A stretch of DNA of 37,391 nucleotides from NCBI GenBank assembly GCA_905178155.1, contig CAJINV010000046.1, forward strand, positions 1 to 37,391, written 5' to 3'. Positions 1-10,729 of this stretch are shown here, in pieces. The stretch comes from Amoebophrya sp. A120. Taxonomy: Eukaryota; Protista; Dinoflagellata. The stretch's first letter is position 1. Each line of letters opens with the position of its first letter. The notes under the pieces are model-generated. The model worked only from the letters and a program-made list of their open reading frames with translations, searched no databases and was not told where the DNA came from. A program made the translations under genes and the position numbers.

Positions 1-574
1 TCGCACATTGGAAAGGGCTGGCAGATCCCTGGTAAGCAAATGCACGGGGTACGACTGGACCCGCTCTCCATGCGGGGGTCGTGCCAAAAATTTTTATGTC
101 CCACCCGCCCACCCGTTACGCTGATTCTTCGCGCCCGCGAGCGGCCACTCGCGGTGACAGAAGAACGAACAGGGAGGGGGCGTAGAGGCATCCCAGCGGG
201 CTGTCTCTACTGTGAGGGACCTGGAAGCCCTCGCTCTCTCTCCCCATCACGCCAATACTCATGCCCCTTCTGGTGGAAAAAAAATCAGAAGATGTCCGTC
301 GTGATAGGGGGTAGCACAACATCAAACTTACGGCATGTTGATGTTGGGTAGTGCAGGTATAAGTACAACTGCACCACTGGCCTGCCTGCGTCTAAGCAAA
401 AGGAAAATCTAAAGCTCGGTGCTGATCAGACACCAAAATGTAGATCAAAACAAGCCAAAGTGACTACTCCAGTACTGCTCGCGCTCAGTGTGAATAGTAT
501 TCGGATCTTTAGGTCACAACACCGACATTCCTAGGTCGTTGTCATGATCACCAGAATGAGATCAAATTTCTTCG

Positions 575-673
575 ATATGGCTCGCGTAGCGATTATATTA
601 GTTTATCCGATCCGATCAAGAGGGTTGAGCATTTGCAGTGGTGGACTTGTCCACACCTGGCTCTAGAAAATTT
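575..673 (+). repeat. Split direct repeat A1
   Basis: atatggctcgcgtagc...ctctagaaaattt, identical to 10281-10379. Confidence 0.97.
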
Positions 674-1990
674 CTGTCTTCGGTGCTGCTTACGTAGCGC
701 CACAGACATGGGCGCGAGGTGTTGTGGTGCAGCTTAGCAGCCCCTTCGCCCGGGTGCCTCGATGAGAGATAATCTTCATCAGGGCACTCGGAATTTTCTT
801 CGAATGCCTCGATGAGAAAGCGGGCCGCGGCCTAGGCCTTCCCCCTGTCTCAGCGATGCTGAGCCACGCCTCCGACGCGCCCGGACGATGTTCAGGCGCG
901 AGGCGTGAAAGGGGTCCGGAAATTTCAGATCAAATCGCAAAAACGCGCACCACTGCTAGTACCCATGGTAGCGCGCGGCCGATGGCCGCGCTTGATCAGT
1001 GGCAGCGCTCAAATAGACTCTCGCGCGCAACTCGAGCGACAGCCTATGGAGGTCTCTAGAGAAGCGTGCGCGTGACGCAAGCCTTTGGCATTGTTAGCCG
1101 CAAACCACGACGCCGATGGCGTCTTCGTGGTCGAAAACTTCGGGGCACCTATGGTGACCCCGCGGTCCATAAAATCTGCTGCGCGCAGATTGCGTCGCAG
1201 CGGAGATTACCACATGGACCCCGCCTGCCTCCGATGGTAGCAGGCGGCCCGTCTGACGAAGGCAACCCTCATGGGACCCGCGGTGCTCCGTGACACCGCG
1301 CGCTGCCATCCAATGAAAGAAAAGCGGTTCCGCCGATCGCGCATAAAGTGATCAGTTTGAAACCCAACGCACGCTCCGGATCACCGCAACGATCCACAAA
1401 ATGCACAAAAATGAGTTGCCTCATGTCATCACAGCCTCCCTCGCTAAAAGATCGGATAAACTGAACGCGACCCATACAATGCACGCAATAAATGACGCTG
1501 ATAAATCTTCAAACGATGTTGATCTGCCTTTCTGTGGATCGTTGCACTTCGTCTTCTCGACTGCAAAATATTTGCTCGCTCTTACACGGTGGTGGGTGCC
1601 GATGGTACCCGCTCGAAAAAGAGACTCGGCCATAAGTCGGCAAAATAAAAGTCCGGCAGTGTCGTCTCTAGCCGCCATGTGGCTCCGTGTCGTCTGTCTC
1701 CAATTCGTAACCTCATCGTGACTATGTCGTGGGGTTCGTTCGTTAGTCCACACGGACATTGGGGGCAACGAGTGAGTTTGGGATCGAAACAAGAGTGAGT
1801 GATCGATGAGTGCTCGTGGGGTCCCAACTCACTTCCGTGAGGCGCGTTGTCGCTTTTCTTTGAATCAAACGATAACAGGGGACTCGCTTGTCCACTCTAG
1901 TTTTTCTTTGCCCCGTGCAAACTGCATCTTCCTCTCTTGCAACTAGTGCAACTATTTCGTCGCGCGCGACACACACACACACGCATCAAA

Positions 1991-2518
1991 ATGGCCTCTA
2001 ACCAGCAAAACACTTCCAGCCCTGTCCAACAGGCCGCTGAAGAGATTCGGGCCCGGCAGGCCGAATTTGCGCCTCTCCTGCTATTGCAGGAGAATGCCAG
2101 CATGTACGAGGGCGGCGCGGGTGAGGACCCCTACAACTACGCCTTCATCTTGGACAGGATTGGGGGACCGGTCCAGCAAGCCAATACCACCGACAGTCCT
2201 TTGATCATGGTATGCGTGGTTGGTAATAGCACTACAGACGCCGCGCGCTTTCTATCATCACCAATCGAGCGGGACCTGCTACGAACCCGCGCCCACTCTA
2301 TTCAGCACGTCACTGCAGCCTTGTGTCCCGCGACGCAGGCCATAGAGGCGAAAAAGACGACGCGGGGTCGTCAGGGAGAGCTCGTGGTCACGGCAACGCG
2401 CTCGTCATTGCTTAGGGGCTCCCCGCAACGTGCGCTGACGAGTTGCGGACAAACACACCTGACCCAGAGGCACTGCAAAGTTTGCAGTCGAAGACTACCT
2501 AATAGTAGAAAGCAATAA
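1991..2518 (+). CDS. Hypothetical extra ORF in the retrotransposon 5' region
   Basis: ATG at 1991 (MASNQQNTSS...). N-terminal half looks protein-like; no recognisable motif. Confidence 0.35.
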   Translation: MASNQQNTSSPVQQAAEEIRARQAEFAPLLLLQENASMYEGGAGEDPYNYAFILDRIGGPVQQANTTDSPLIMVCVVGNSTTDAARFLSSPIERDLLRTRAHSIQHVTAALCPATQAIEAKKTTRGRQGELVVTATRSSLLRGSPQRALTSCGQTHLTQRHCKVCSRRLPNSRKQ

Positions 2519-3014
2519 GTTTATCATCGCCCCTCGCGATTCAACGAATGATTGTGACTGCTAGAGCCTTCGCAGCGTGAATGTGTCTCCACATAAGGGT
2601 GTGAGCCTGGCCCCCCCGGGGGCCACAGATGGCGCACAGCAGCCCGTTCTCGGTTGACAAAAATAGATACTGTGTAGAAGCGGGCAATCGTGCAAGAGGC
2701 TGCTATGACGCCCCGCCAAGGTTCAGTAGGTCGGCTGGGCCCCCCGTGGCGCTCGGCCGGACCGGAAAAACTACGGGGCGGAGCCTCGCGGAGTTTCGGC
2801 ACGCCCAAAAATAGCGATGTTTTATGTGAAAAACAAGGACGGAGCTATCGCAAATTTACTTTTTTTGACATGTTTTGACCCCGTCGTGCACTCGCTCTGA
2901 AATTAAAATTTAAAAATTAGGCCTATTTTTTATAGGCAAAGCGTTGACACGCGCGTGTGCCAGACATTTTGATTTCGGCTCCGCCCTGCACACAAAACAA
3001 AACTTCAGGGCATC

Positions 3015-5339
3015 ATGGTCGCCATCTCGACCCTCCTCTTTGGATCGTTCGAAGGCGATCAGTGGTTAAACGAACAACATGTGCTCCGCCACGTTTGTCC
3101 GGCGATACGGGAATTGTTGACCCGCGCAGCCGTCGCGATTTGTGAAAACGGACTATTGCCCAGCGGCCTTGTGACGAGGATGGCGCGGCGGGGGGCAGTG
3201 TCGCGCAGAAGTTTTCTGTCAGGGCAGCAGATCACGGACCAGAGTCTGCGATACTGGTCCGCGGAACATCAGGAATTACTCCTCGAGTACCTCACGGTGG
3301 TGCTGCGCCCCTTCTTGCAAGTGAACTTTCAGGATCAGCTGACTGCGCTCCTCATCGAGCAAGCGCAGTACCAGGCCGACGCCGAGGAGGTCGTGACTTT
3401 TCCGATCTTCGTCGCGGACCCGCGCACGCTACACCGCAGGTTCAGCACCGTGCTCGCCAACGCGCTGGCAGGGCGCGACGGGGGCCGTGGCCGTAGCAAT
3501 GACGGGGCGCGTGGGCGTAGCAACGACCGCCACGGTGGGCAGAACAATCAGGGCGATCAGGAGCAGGCGCCGCCAGCCGGGGGCGACGACGCGAACAACC
3601 AAAACCCCGCTGGTAGCGGGCAGCAGCCGATGCGTAGAGCCCCCCCGATGCGACGCGCGATGCGCACAGCCCCCCCGATGCGCAGAGCCGCCCCGCCCGG
3701 TGATGGAGATGGAAGTGACTCGTCGTCCTCAACGTCGTCCGCAACTTCGACTTCGGATCGCAGTGCGGCTCGTGGTCGTCGTCGGCAGCGTCGACGCCGA
3801 AACGCACGCGGGGACTCTCCCGCCGGTCGCCAGGCCCGGAACCAGGAAAACGTTTTTGAAGCCTTTACTAACTGGGCTGACGCGCGGTACGGCGCGCGCG
3901 GGGCTCGCAATGGGGAACAAGAGCGGGATGAGGATCGGGCCCAGGCCCACCCAATGCAGGAGCCCGCCGAAATCCATCGGTATCACACGGGCGACCAGTC
4001 CGTGGATAGAGTGGAGCTGGACTTGATAAATGCCTCGCGGTTCCCCGAAGCCCGACCGGGGCCTTTGAACAAAGACGGCCTCTACTTGAACCCTGCTGCC
4101 GTGCGCCCTGTGAAGCAGGCAGTGCGGATCACGCTGCACAACGCCCGGCCGGCGGCGGTCGCGGCCGATGGGGATCCCGAACCGGTGGCAGTGCCGCATC
4201 AGTACTTGGATATTCTGGCCGACCGTTCGGCAGCGCTGCTTGTCCGAGGCATGGTCCGCGACGAGTACCAGGGGGTCGATAACTACGACCTCTTGACGAA
4301 CGAGCAGATCGAGAACAGCGTGACTGTCGCGAACTTGGTTATGCTGGGTTTCGGTGGCATGACCCGTGATGAGCTGCGCGACTTCGCCGGGCAAGGTAAA
4401 GATCAGTGGGTAGCTCCGAAGAACATGCTCCTCATCAAGACCGCAACGGCAATCACGCAGTCGCAGAACTTGACAAAACTGGTGAAGCGGTTGGCCTCCC
4501 TCACCACAGCCGAGCGCACGCCCACCGAGAAGCTGCTGAAGCTGATGAAGGTGCACACGGTGCACTCGATCGAGGACATTAAGGCAGATTTCGGGCAACT
4601 CGATGCCCTCGCAGCCGGTATCACCAGCTTGCAGAGCCTTCCGAGGATCCAGATGTCGAAAAAGGCGATTCTCAGCCTCGCGAATAATAACCCAACGAGC
4701 AAAGTGATTGCGACTCTTGCGGCGCTCGCAGTTCCGGTGCAGGGGCCGCACGCGGCAGTGCGCATCGCGGACCTCGCTCTTTTCGGTGATAACAACTCGG
4801 CCAACACAACTATCACACAGTACGACAAGGAGCGGACCGTGTGGGCGATCTTGATCTGCGCCGCCAAAGCGGCCCGAGAATACGAGCCGGCCCGGCCAGA
4901 AAATCTGACCTCCTCGTACGAAAGTTACATCAAGAACTGCAGCCCGCCGTCGGGGCCCGATGAAAGCCACGAGGCCGCCCGCAAGAAGATCGCCGGCACC
5001 AAGGACAAGGGTGGTAAGGCGGACCGGGGCCAGAAGGGCGCCGGGGCGAAAGGCGGCAAGACCACCGGGAAAGGTCAGGGTAAAAACAACCAGAAAGGCT
5101 CCGGTGCGCAGAAAACCGAAATTACGGAAGCCCGCGAGGCCCTGGCGCAGGCGTTTCCGGCGGCGACAGGGCTGCACTACCCGAAGGCCTGCACGTTCAA
5201 TGTCTGTGAACAGCTCGGGGTGAAGAACAAGGAAGGCCGCGACATCGCGTGCGTGCATGGCGACGCGTGCAGGCGCGGACACGGGTCGGACTCCGCCACC
5301 GCAGAAATGGTTTCTGCCATTCAGGCCGCCACCGGATAG
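3015..5339 (+). CDS. Gag-like ORF1 (774 aa) with C-terminal CCCH-like zinc finger
   Basis: Long ORF upstream of RT, with low-complexity R/G/S tracts and C-terminal C..C-x5-C-x3-H (CTFNVC...CVHGDACRRGH). Confidence 0.75.
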   Translation: MVAISTLLFGSFEGDQWLNEQHVLRHVCPAIRELLTRAAVAICENGLLPSGLVTRMARRGAVSRRSFLSGQQITDQSLRYWSAEHQELLLEYLTVVLRPFLQVNFQDQLTALLIEQAQYQADAEEVVTFPIFVADPRTLHRRFSTVLANALAGRDGGRGRSNDGARGRSNDRHGGQNNQGDQEQAPPAGGDDANNQNPAGSGQQPMRRAPPMRRAMRTAPPMRRAAPPGDGDGSDSSSSTSSATSTSDRSAARGRRRQRRRRNARGDSPAGRQARNQENVFEAFTNWADARYGARGARNGEQERDEDRAQAHPMQEPAEIHRYHTGDQSVDRVELDLINASRFPEARPGPLNKDGLYLNPAAVRPVKQAVRITLHNARPAAVAADGDPEPVAVPHQYLDILADRSAALLVRGMVRDEYQGVDNYDLLTNEQIENSVTVANLVMLGFGGMTRDELRDFAGQGKDQWVAPKNMLLIKTATAITQSQNLTKLVKRLASLTTAERTPTEKLLKLMKVHTVHSIEDIKADFGQLDALAAGITSLQSLPRIQMSKKAILSLANNNPTSKVIATLAALAVPVQGPHAAVRIADLALFGDNNSANTTITQYDKERTVWAILICAAKAAREYEPARPENLTSSYESYIKNCSPPSGPDESHEAARKKIAGTKDKGGKADRGQKGAGAKGGKTTGKGQGKNNQKGSGAQKTEITEAREALAQAFPAATGLHYPKACTFNVCEQLGVKNKEGRDIACVHGDACRRGHGSDSATAEMVSAIQAATG

Positions 5340-6366
5340 TCGCGCTGGTCTCCTTTGTTCATCGTCTTCTTCACAAAAGGGGAGTGTGGCTCTGAGGTCT
5401 TTGGGGGAAGAATTTCTTTGTTGAGCAGGCGCTACTCAACAGCTCTTCTCTCGTATGCAAAACTGAGTGGTTCAATAATCGCAATTTTCCAACCACTACT
5501 GGCTTTGCTATAATATAATAATTATCAAATGACGAGTTGGTTCTGTTTTATAATTAATTAAAATGAATGTGAAAAACAATTTGTATTCGCTCGGTCTCCT
5601 TTTCTTCTGGTGGTTTCAAACCTCGGCCCATCATACTGATAACGAGGGTTCAGAAGGATTTTGTGCGAAAATCCTCAGAAATCTATGAAAGGCCGACGGA
5701 AAAGCAGTTTGGCGGTTTTGATGCGATGAAAGCCCGTATTTCTGCCATCAACCGCGTGATGCGACATTTTTTGAGAAGTTGCAGGAACAGCACGCGACCT
5801 GCATTCAGCCTAACAGAGACATCTTTTTTATGCAGGTCAGCACAGCGCCTCGTTAGAAGCCAAGGGGTTTCTCGGCTGTGTTGTCCGGAACTTGATTTTA
5901 TATGCGCGTGCATCTCTTAAAACAGCTATTAATCTCCAACTATTGCATTTCATCAGTTTACCCTGTTGATCTTGCAGTAGCAGCGTAGAAAAGCCCCAGC
6001 CCCAACCTCCTGGTAAGGTTAGGGTAGTGGTTTAGAACTTTAAGTATTTTTACCTTGGCCTCCTTGGAAGGTTAAGGTCGTGGTTTAGAACATCGCGCCG
6101 AAGCCAGCGGCTTTCGGACTCGCCAGGTCTTCTGTCGCGTTTTCACAGGGGTCGCATCTAGAATTATTATTGAATCTGAACGCCTTCTCTTTCGTTTCAG
6201 TGGTTGGAAACCGATGTAAGGCGTGCGCACAGGTCGGATCGTAGCGAGCGCGGGCTCGTACGTCCGGGGGGGGCAGCCATTATGGACTGCCCGTGTTCTC
6301 CTTGCAAATGCAATTCAAAGCCCCACTCTTCGACGACAGACAGCGGCTTGACGATTTGGTTGGTTT

Positions 6367-8946
6367 TTGATGATCATCGCTTCCCTGCTGGGGTTCCTTT
6401 CATTTGTGTTTTTTGACCGCCTCTTTTTCGGTCAACCGAAAGTTTCGAGGCCAGCGACGATGGACGAAGAGGTGCGGAAAGTGCGCGCCAACATCCAACA
6501 GGACGAGACTGGACGCGGATATGGGAAAAACACAGTCACCGACGAAGACGCGGCGCTCCTGGACGGGATGGAGAACCGCACTGCGCACGGCATGCGGAGC
6601 GACGTCTTTGGCTACCTCAACAGGCTTTTGGAAAAAACGAGGGCGCAAGATGATCTTCTTCTCGCCGGCAAAGCGGCCGTCATGCCGGACGGGATAGTAG
6701 TGCAGCTGCCGAAGCACATGGTCCGGATCTACAGCGACCCTCTACTAGTCGGCGACTACCCAAAGCGCCCGCTGTTGCTGGCGACAATGGCGCAGGATCT
6801 CGGCGTCGAGTTTCTGGCGCGGGACACCAGCAAAGTCGCTTCCACCATCAGTTCCTCGCCCTTCCTTCAAGGTTTTGAACACCAGGGGCCATGGCTGCCA
6901 ACCGGGCTTTGGCCGAACGCGAAGAAGCTGACGGAGCTAGAGAGCATGATGTTCGAGGAGGCTACGAGCGACTTCTTCGTCGACGAATCCATTCGGCCGG
7001 AGAGGGCCACGAAGCCGGTTGGCACAGCGGAGGCAAGGAGCCGCCAGTGGCAAGACACTGCGGAGCTCCGCGCGGGGACCGTCTTGGAAGAAGTAGCGGA
7101 CGGAATACCGCAGGGGCAGGTGGTCACGGTGATGTTCCCGCTCCTACAGAAATGGTCCGACGACGAGCAGCGTTATCTGAAGTGCCGGACCATTGTGCAC
7201 GAAGTCGAAAGAAACACGAAATACACCAGGCTAGGAGAGCACGCGGCGCTCCCGAGCGTCGCGCGCATCGTGCAGCTGGTCTCCTACTGCCTGGCCGGCC
7301 AGCGAGACAGCCCGGCGATGCAGATGCGGGCCGATGTGCTGCACGACATCGACACCGAAAAACGTCTTTCATTCCCGGAGAAAATAAAGGACCCCGCGAT
7401 GCCCGCCACGCAGGAGCAGGCAGGCCACCGCGCGTGGCTGCCCTGGTTGCTTAAAGTCGACCTCAGCAACGCCTTTTACCAAATTCCGGTCCGTTGTCCC
7501 GATGAAAATTATTGCACGATGTACAATGAAGACGAACAGCGGTGGGTGAATTTCAGAAGCAACAGCTGCACGATGGGCAACATTCGCAGCATCATGTCGT
7601 GGCTGGTAGTGTCGGTGCTTTTGGAGCGGTTGTTCCGGAAGTTCGGCCTGGCTCTGTGGATCTATGTGGATGATTTGATAGCCTTCGTGGCCCGCCACAG
7701 CGCGCGGGACTTCCACCGGCTGGTAGTTGACGTCGTTCGCTGGCTCGGCTTTCGGGCGGACGATAAGAAGCTGGAGCGTCATGGCGCCACCCCCGGCACG
7801 GTGGTGGTCGACCACCAGGCCACACGCGGGCCCCTCGCTGTCCTCGGTGTCTGTTTCGAAACGGACCTTTCCTGTCCGGGAAATCCGAAAATGCATGTTT
7901 ATGCGCCGGAAAAGAAGGTGAAGCAGATTCAGGACGACCTCCAGACCGCCGAGAAGGAGGTTGTGCGTGGCACGCTTGGCATCGAGGCGCTCCAAAAAGT
8001 GCAGGGCGCGCTGTGCTTCGTACTCTTCGCGCGGGCCCACAAGCCGGCGCTTGCGGGGTTCCTAGCCATTTCGGCCTGGCTCGACGAGCGGCTTTTCCTT
8101 CAGTTGATGCAGTCGCCCGCAGCGGTCATCTCGCTTGCCGGGGTTCTCCGCGACACCAGATTTCTGCTGGATGGGTACGCCAAGCTCACGCTAGATAAAA
8201 ACTCACTGTCCCGACCGCGGGCGCACTTGTACACGGACGCCGCCACAGCGGGCAGCGGTGGCGCGGTCCTGCTTGGAGGGATCTTGCTGCGGCAAGGATC
8301 GCAGCCGCGGATCTTCACGATCCGCGCGGAGCAAGCAGAGCTCCCATCCTTCCTACGCAACAGGAGTATATTCGTATACGAAATTTTAGCTACCCTGTGC
8401 GCCCTGGTGTACTTCGAAATTGAAAACGCGAACCTGCTGGCGCACTGTGATAATATTGGTGGCATGTATGTCATGCACCGAGGATGCAGCTCCTGCCCTT
8501 TAGGGACGGCCCTCGCCGGCGGGGTGGCGAAGCTTTTGGCAGAGCGAAACGTATGCCCCTACTGGGCATACGTCCGGACCGATCGGAATCCTGCGGACAA
8601 AGCGACGCGGGCACAGATGTTCGCTGACATCTCCAAGGCGTTGGGTGTGGAGCTCGAACACGTGCCACCGGGCCGGATTGCGGCCTTCGTCCAGGGCCTC
8701 GAAACTTCGTTTGACAAAATTTCATATCTTCGTTCGCATTTGTCCACCGCTAAAGATTCTGTTAGTAGCACCTTCTGCAAAATTAATAAACTACATACTA
8801 AGAGCTCTACTAAAAAGCGTCTTCTTCGAAAATATGCCTCGCACTTACAATCGACAAGCGTCAGGCTCGGCTCCAGTACGCAGACAGGCACCCGCGCCAC
8901 TACCGAGCGGCCCGCGCGAGCGGGCTTACGCGGAAAACAGTACTAG
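6367..8946 (+). CDS. Reverse transcriptase / RNase H, DIRS type
   Basis: RT motifs KVDLSNAFYQIP, WIYVDDLI, LAVLG; RNase H motifs LYTDAA, YEILA, HCDN, RNPADKATR. True start uncertain. Confidence 0.93.
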   Translation: MMIIASLLGFLSFVFFDRLFFGQPKVSRPATMDEEVRKVRANIQQDETGRGYGKNTVTDEDAALLDGMENRTAHGMRSDVFGYLNRLLEKTRAQDDLLLAGKAAVMPDGIVVQLPKHMVRIYSDPLLVGDYPKRPLLLATMAQDLGVEFLARDTSKVASTISSSPFLQGFEHQGPWLPTGLWPNAKKLTELESMMFEEATSDFFVDESIRPERATKPVGTAEARSRQWQDTAELRAGTVLEEVADGIPQGQVVTVMFPLLQKWSDDEQRYLKCRTIVHEVERNTKYTRLGEHAALPSVARIVQLVSYCLAGQRDSPAMQMRADVLHDIDTEKRLSFPEKIKDPAMPATQEQAGHRAWLPWLLKVDLSNAFYQIPVRCPDENYCTMYNEDEQRWVNFRSNSCTMGNIRSIMSWLVVSVLLERLFRKFGLALWIYVDDLIAFVARHSARDFHRLVVDVVRWLGFRADDKKLERHGATPGTVVVDHQATRGPLAVLGVCFETDLSCPGNPKMHVYAPEKKVKQIQDDLQTAEKEVVRGTLGIEALQKVQGALCFVLFARAHKPALAGFLAISAWLDERLFLQLMQSPAAVISLAGVLRDTRFLLDGYAKLTLDKNSLSRPRAHLYTDAATAGSGGAVLLGGILLRQGSQPRIFTIRAEQAELPSFLRNRSIFVYEILATLCALVYFEIENANLLAHCDNIGGMYVMHRGCSSCPLGTALAGGVAKLLAERNVCPYWAYVRTDRNPADKATRAQMFADISKALGVELEHVPPGRIAAFVQGLETSFDKISYLRSHLSTAKDSVSSTFCKINKLHTKSSTKKRLLRKYASHLQSTSVRLGSSTQTGTRATTERPARAGLRGKQY

Positions 8947-9814
8947 GGCGCGCCAAACGCGGTGGGCCAGCTGGATCAAATTCACGCAGACCCACCCGGA
9001 GATCCCCTACCGCCCGGGGTCGCCCACGATCGAAGTCGGGACCCATCTTTACCAGTTTGGGGAGTGGCTTGTGACCAGCGAGGGATGCGGGCAGAGTTCG
9101 AAGGATTATTTGTCGACAGTTACGGACCTCCTCGTCGACGAGAAGTCGATGGTAGAAAGTACCTGGAACTGGCACACGCTGCCGCGCGTGCGGCGGAGCA
9201 TTAGAATGATCGCGGGACGCGAAGAGCCACTGAAGGCTCCGATCATCCGCTTTCACAAACTCCCGCTGCTGAAAAACCAGGCGCGCTCCTGGTTTAACAT
9301 ATGGCAGCAGACCGGGCTCCGGTTGGCCTCCTTCCTCGAAATGCATGACACCTTCGTGACGATTCAGAGGGATGCGGAAACGCCGTCGATTTCCTGGGCG
9401 GTGTGTACCGTCCCCGTGAAGGCCAATCCGCAGGAGACGCCGTTTACTATCAAGTTCCCGGCGGAGCTGTACACCGCCGGCATTTTCAGCAATTTCAACG
9501 AGTACCGCGTAAGGGAGGAATTGATCAAGCCGCTCGGTTGCACTGGGCACTCGCCGCGACGAACATTGGCGGTTTACATCCGCCTGCAATGCTCTAAGCG
9601 GGGGTGGATGAAGGTGGACCAGATTCCTGCTGACACGTGGAGGAGAACCTGCTTCGTGCTTGGATGGACAGAATCCTCCAAACAATTTGGCGAATACAGT
9701 AAAGACTACGAGCTCTATGCTTCCGCTCGTTTCGCGGTCCACCGCGACACCCACTACCGCATCTTCCAGAACTACCAGCACCACGTGGGCGAATCCCTCA
9801 CGTCCTGCCGCTAG
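8834..9814 (+). CDS. Tyrosine recombinase
   Basis: TGLR (catalytic R), GHSPRR (HxxR), LGW, then Tyr candidates (FGEYSKDY). ATG at 8834; overlaps the RT ORF end in another frame. Confidence 0.88.
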   Translation: MPRTYNRQASGSAPVRRQAPAPLPSGPRERAYAENSTRARQTRWASWIKFTQTHPEIPYRPGSPTIEVGTHLYQFGEWLVTSEGCGQSSKDYLSTVTDLLVDEKSMVESTWNWHTLPRVRRSIRMIAGREEPLKAPIIRFHKLPLLKNQARSWFNIWQQTGLRLASFLEMHDTFVTIQRDAETPSISWAVCTVPVKANPQETPFTIKFPAELYTAGIFSNFNEYRVREELIKPLGCTGHSPRRTLAVYIRLQCSKRGWMKVDQIPADTWRRTCFVLGWTESSKQFGEYSKDYELYASARFAVHRDTHYRIFQNYQHHVGESLTSCR

Positions 9815-9946
9815 CACATCCTCAAGATTTGTTTTCTCAGCCTGCTCAAACGCTGCGCGATAGCGCGCCGCTCTGGAGCAGAAATTTCCGAACCACGCCA
9901 TGGCGAGCTTTAGCCACGATTGGGGAGAAACTTTTGGGACAAGGCT

Positions 9947-10015
9947 ACCCGTGCTGCGTTCCAGAACAGGCTGCTGCGCCCCTACCTGGAGCTCCGCACG
10001 ACTCCCAGACTGGTG
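9947..10015 (+). repeat. Split direct repeat B1
   Basis: acccgtgctgcgttcc...cagactggtg, identical to 10442-10510. Confidence 0.97.
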
Positions 10016-10280
10016 CCAATCCTGGTTTGCTCGAGGCGAGATTACGACCGGCTGTACCTCCTCCGGCCGCCGGTCATTTTTACTACCACTGTGACGCGCA
10101 AGTGTTGACTCGCAGGATAGATAGCAGTTGTTTGGTTCGGTGCTGAGGATGAAAAATGCAAAACGTACACTAGAACGTGAGAAGGGGCGCACCTGTCGCT
10201 CCAGATTTTGAAGAAAGAGGTTGTGTTCGCGCTCCGTGCATTTGCTAAAGAGGGTGAATTGATCGGCTTCGGATGAAATT

Positions 10281-10379
10281 ATATGGCTCGCGTAGCGATT
10301 ATATTAGTTTATCCGATCCGATCAAGAGGGTTGAGCATTTGCAGTGGTGGACTTGTCCACACCTGGCTCTAGAAAATTT
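10281..10379 (+). repeat. Split direct repeat A2
   Basis: Identical to 575-673. Confidence 0.97.
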
Positions 10380-10441
10380 TACCCTCCCAGCAGCTCGGCA
10401 CTTGCGCACCTCGCTTCAGCCCGCCCTTTGGATGGCCTCTC

Positions 10442-10510
10442 ACCCGTGCTGCGTTCCAGAACAGGCTGCTGCGCCCCTACCTGGAGCTCCGCACGACTCC
10501 CAGACTGGTG
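10442..10510 (+). repeat. Split direct repeat B2 (right terminus)
   Basis: Identical to 9947-10015. Confidence 0.97.
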
Positions 10511-10729
10511 GAAGACGGGGCCAGTGTGTCCTCCAACTAAGTACGTGTTCATTCATTCCTAGCGTTATCTTCGTGCAAGGATCCCGAGATGTCAAGGAGA
10601 ACGCGAAGGTTCAGATTTCCCATTGCATCATTGAACAGAGAATTATAGGAAGCAGCAGAGAAAAGAGTACTAAAAATACCAGAAACCAGATCCTCTATAT
10701 AAGGCGTTTTTTGCAGGCAAATCCAAATC

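Larger units (their letters stand above)
575..10510 (+). mobile_element. Tyrosine-recombinase retrotransposon (DIRS order, PAT/Ngaro-like split direct repeats)
   Basis: Identical 99-bp A repeats (575-673, 10281-10379) and identical 69-bp B repeats (9947-10015, 10442-10510) in the order A..B..A..B. Encodes gag-like, RT+RNase H and YR ORFs. No integrase or TSD seen. Confidence 0.9.

Noticed and set aside
2903-2925. ttaaaatttaaaaatt shared with about 20023-20038
   Set aside because: Low-complexity AT match; flanks barely align.
3729-5282. Long minus-strand ORF (also 8900-10192, 15823-16554, 27870-29315, 31091-32224)
   Set aside because: Antisense shadows of GC-rich real genes; no motifs.
575-10379. 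A repeats as LTRs of an LTR retrotransposon
   Set aside because: No TG...CA ends, TSD, protease or integrase; a YR and a second repeat pair are present.
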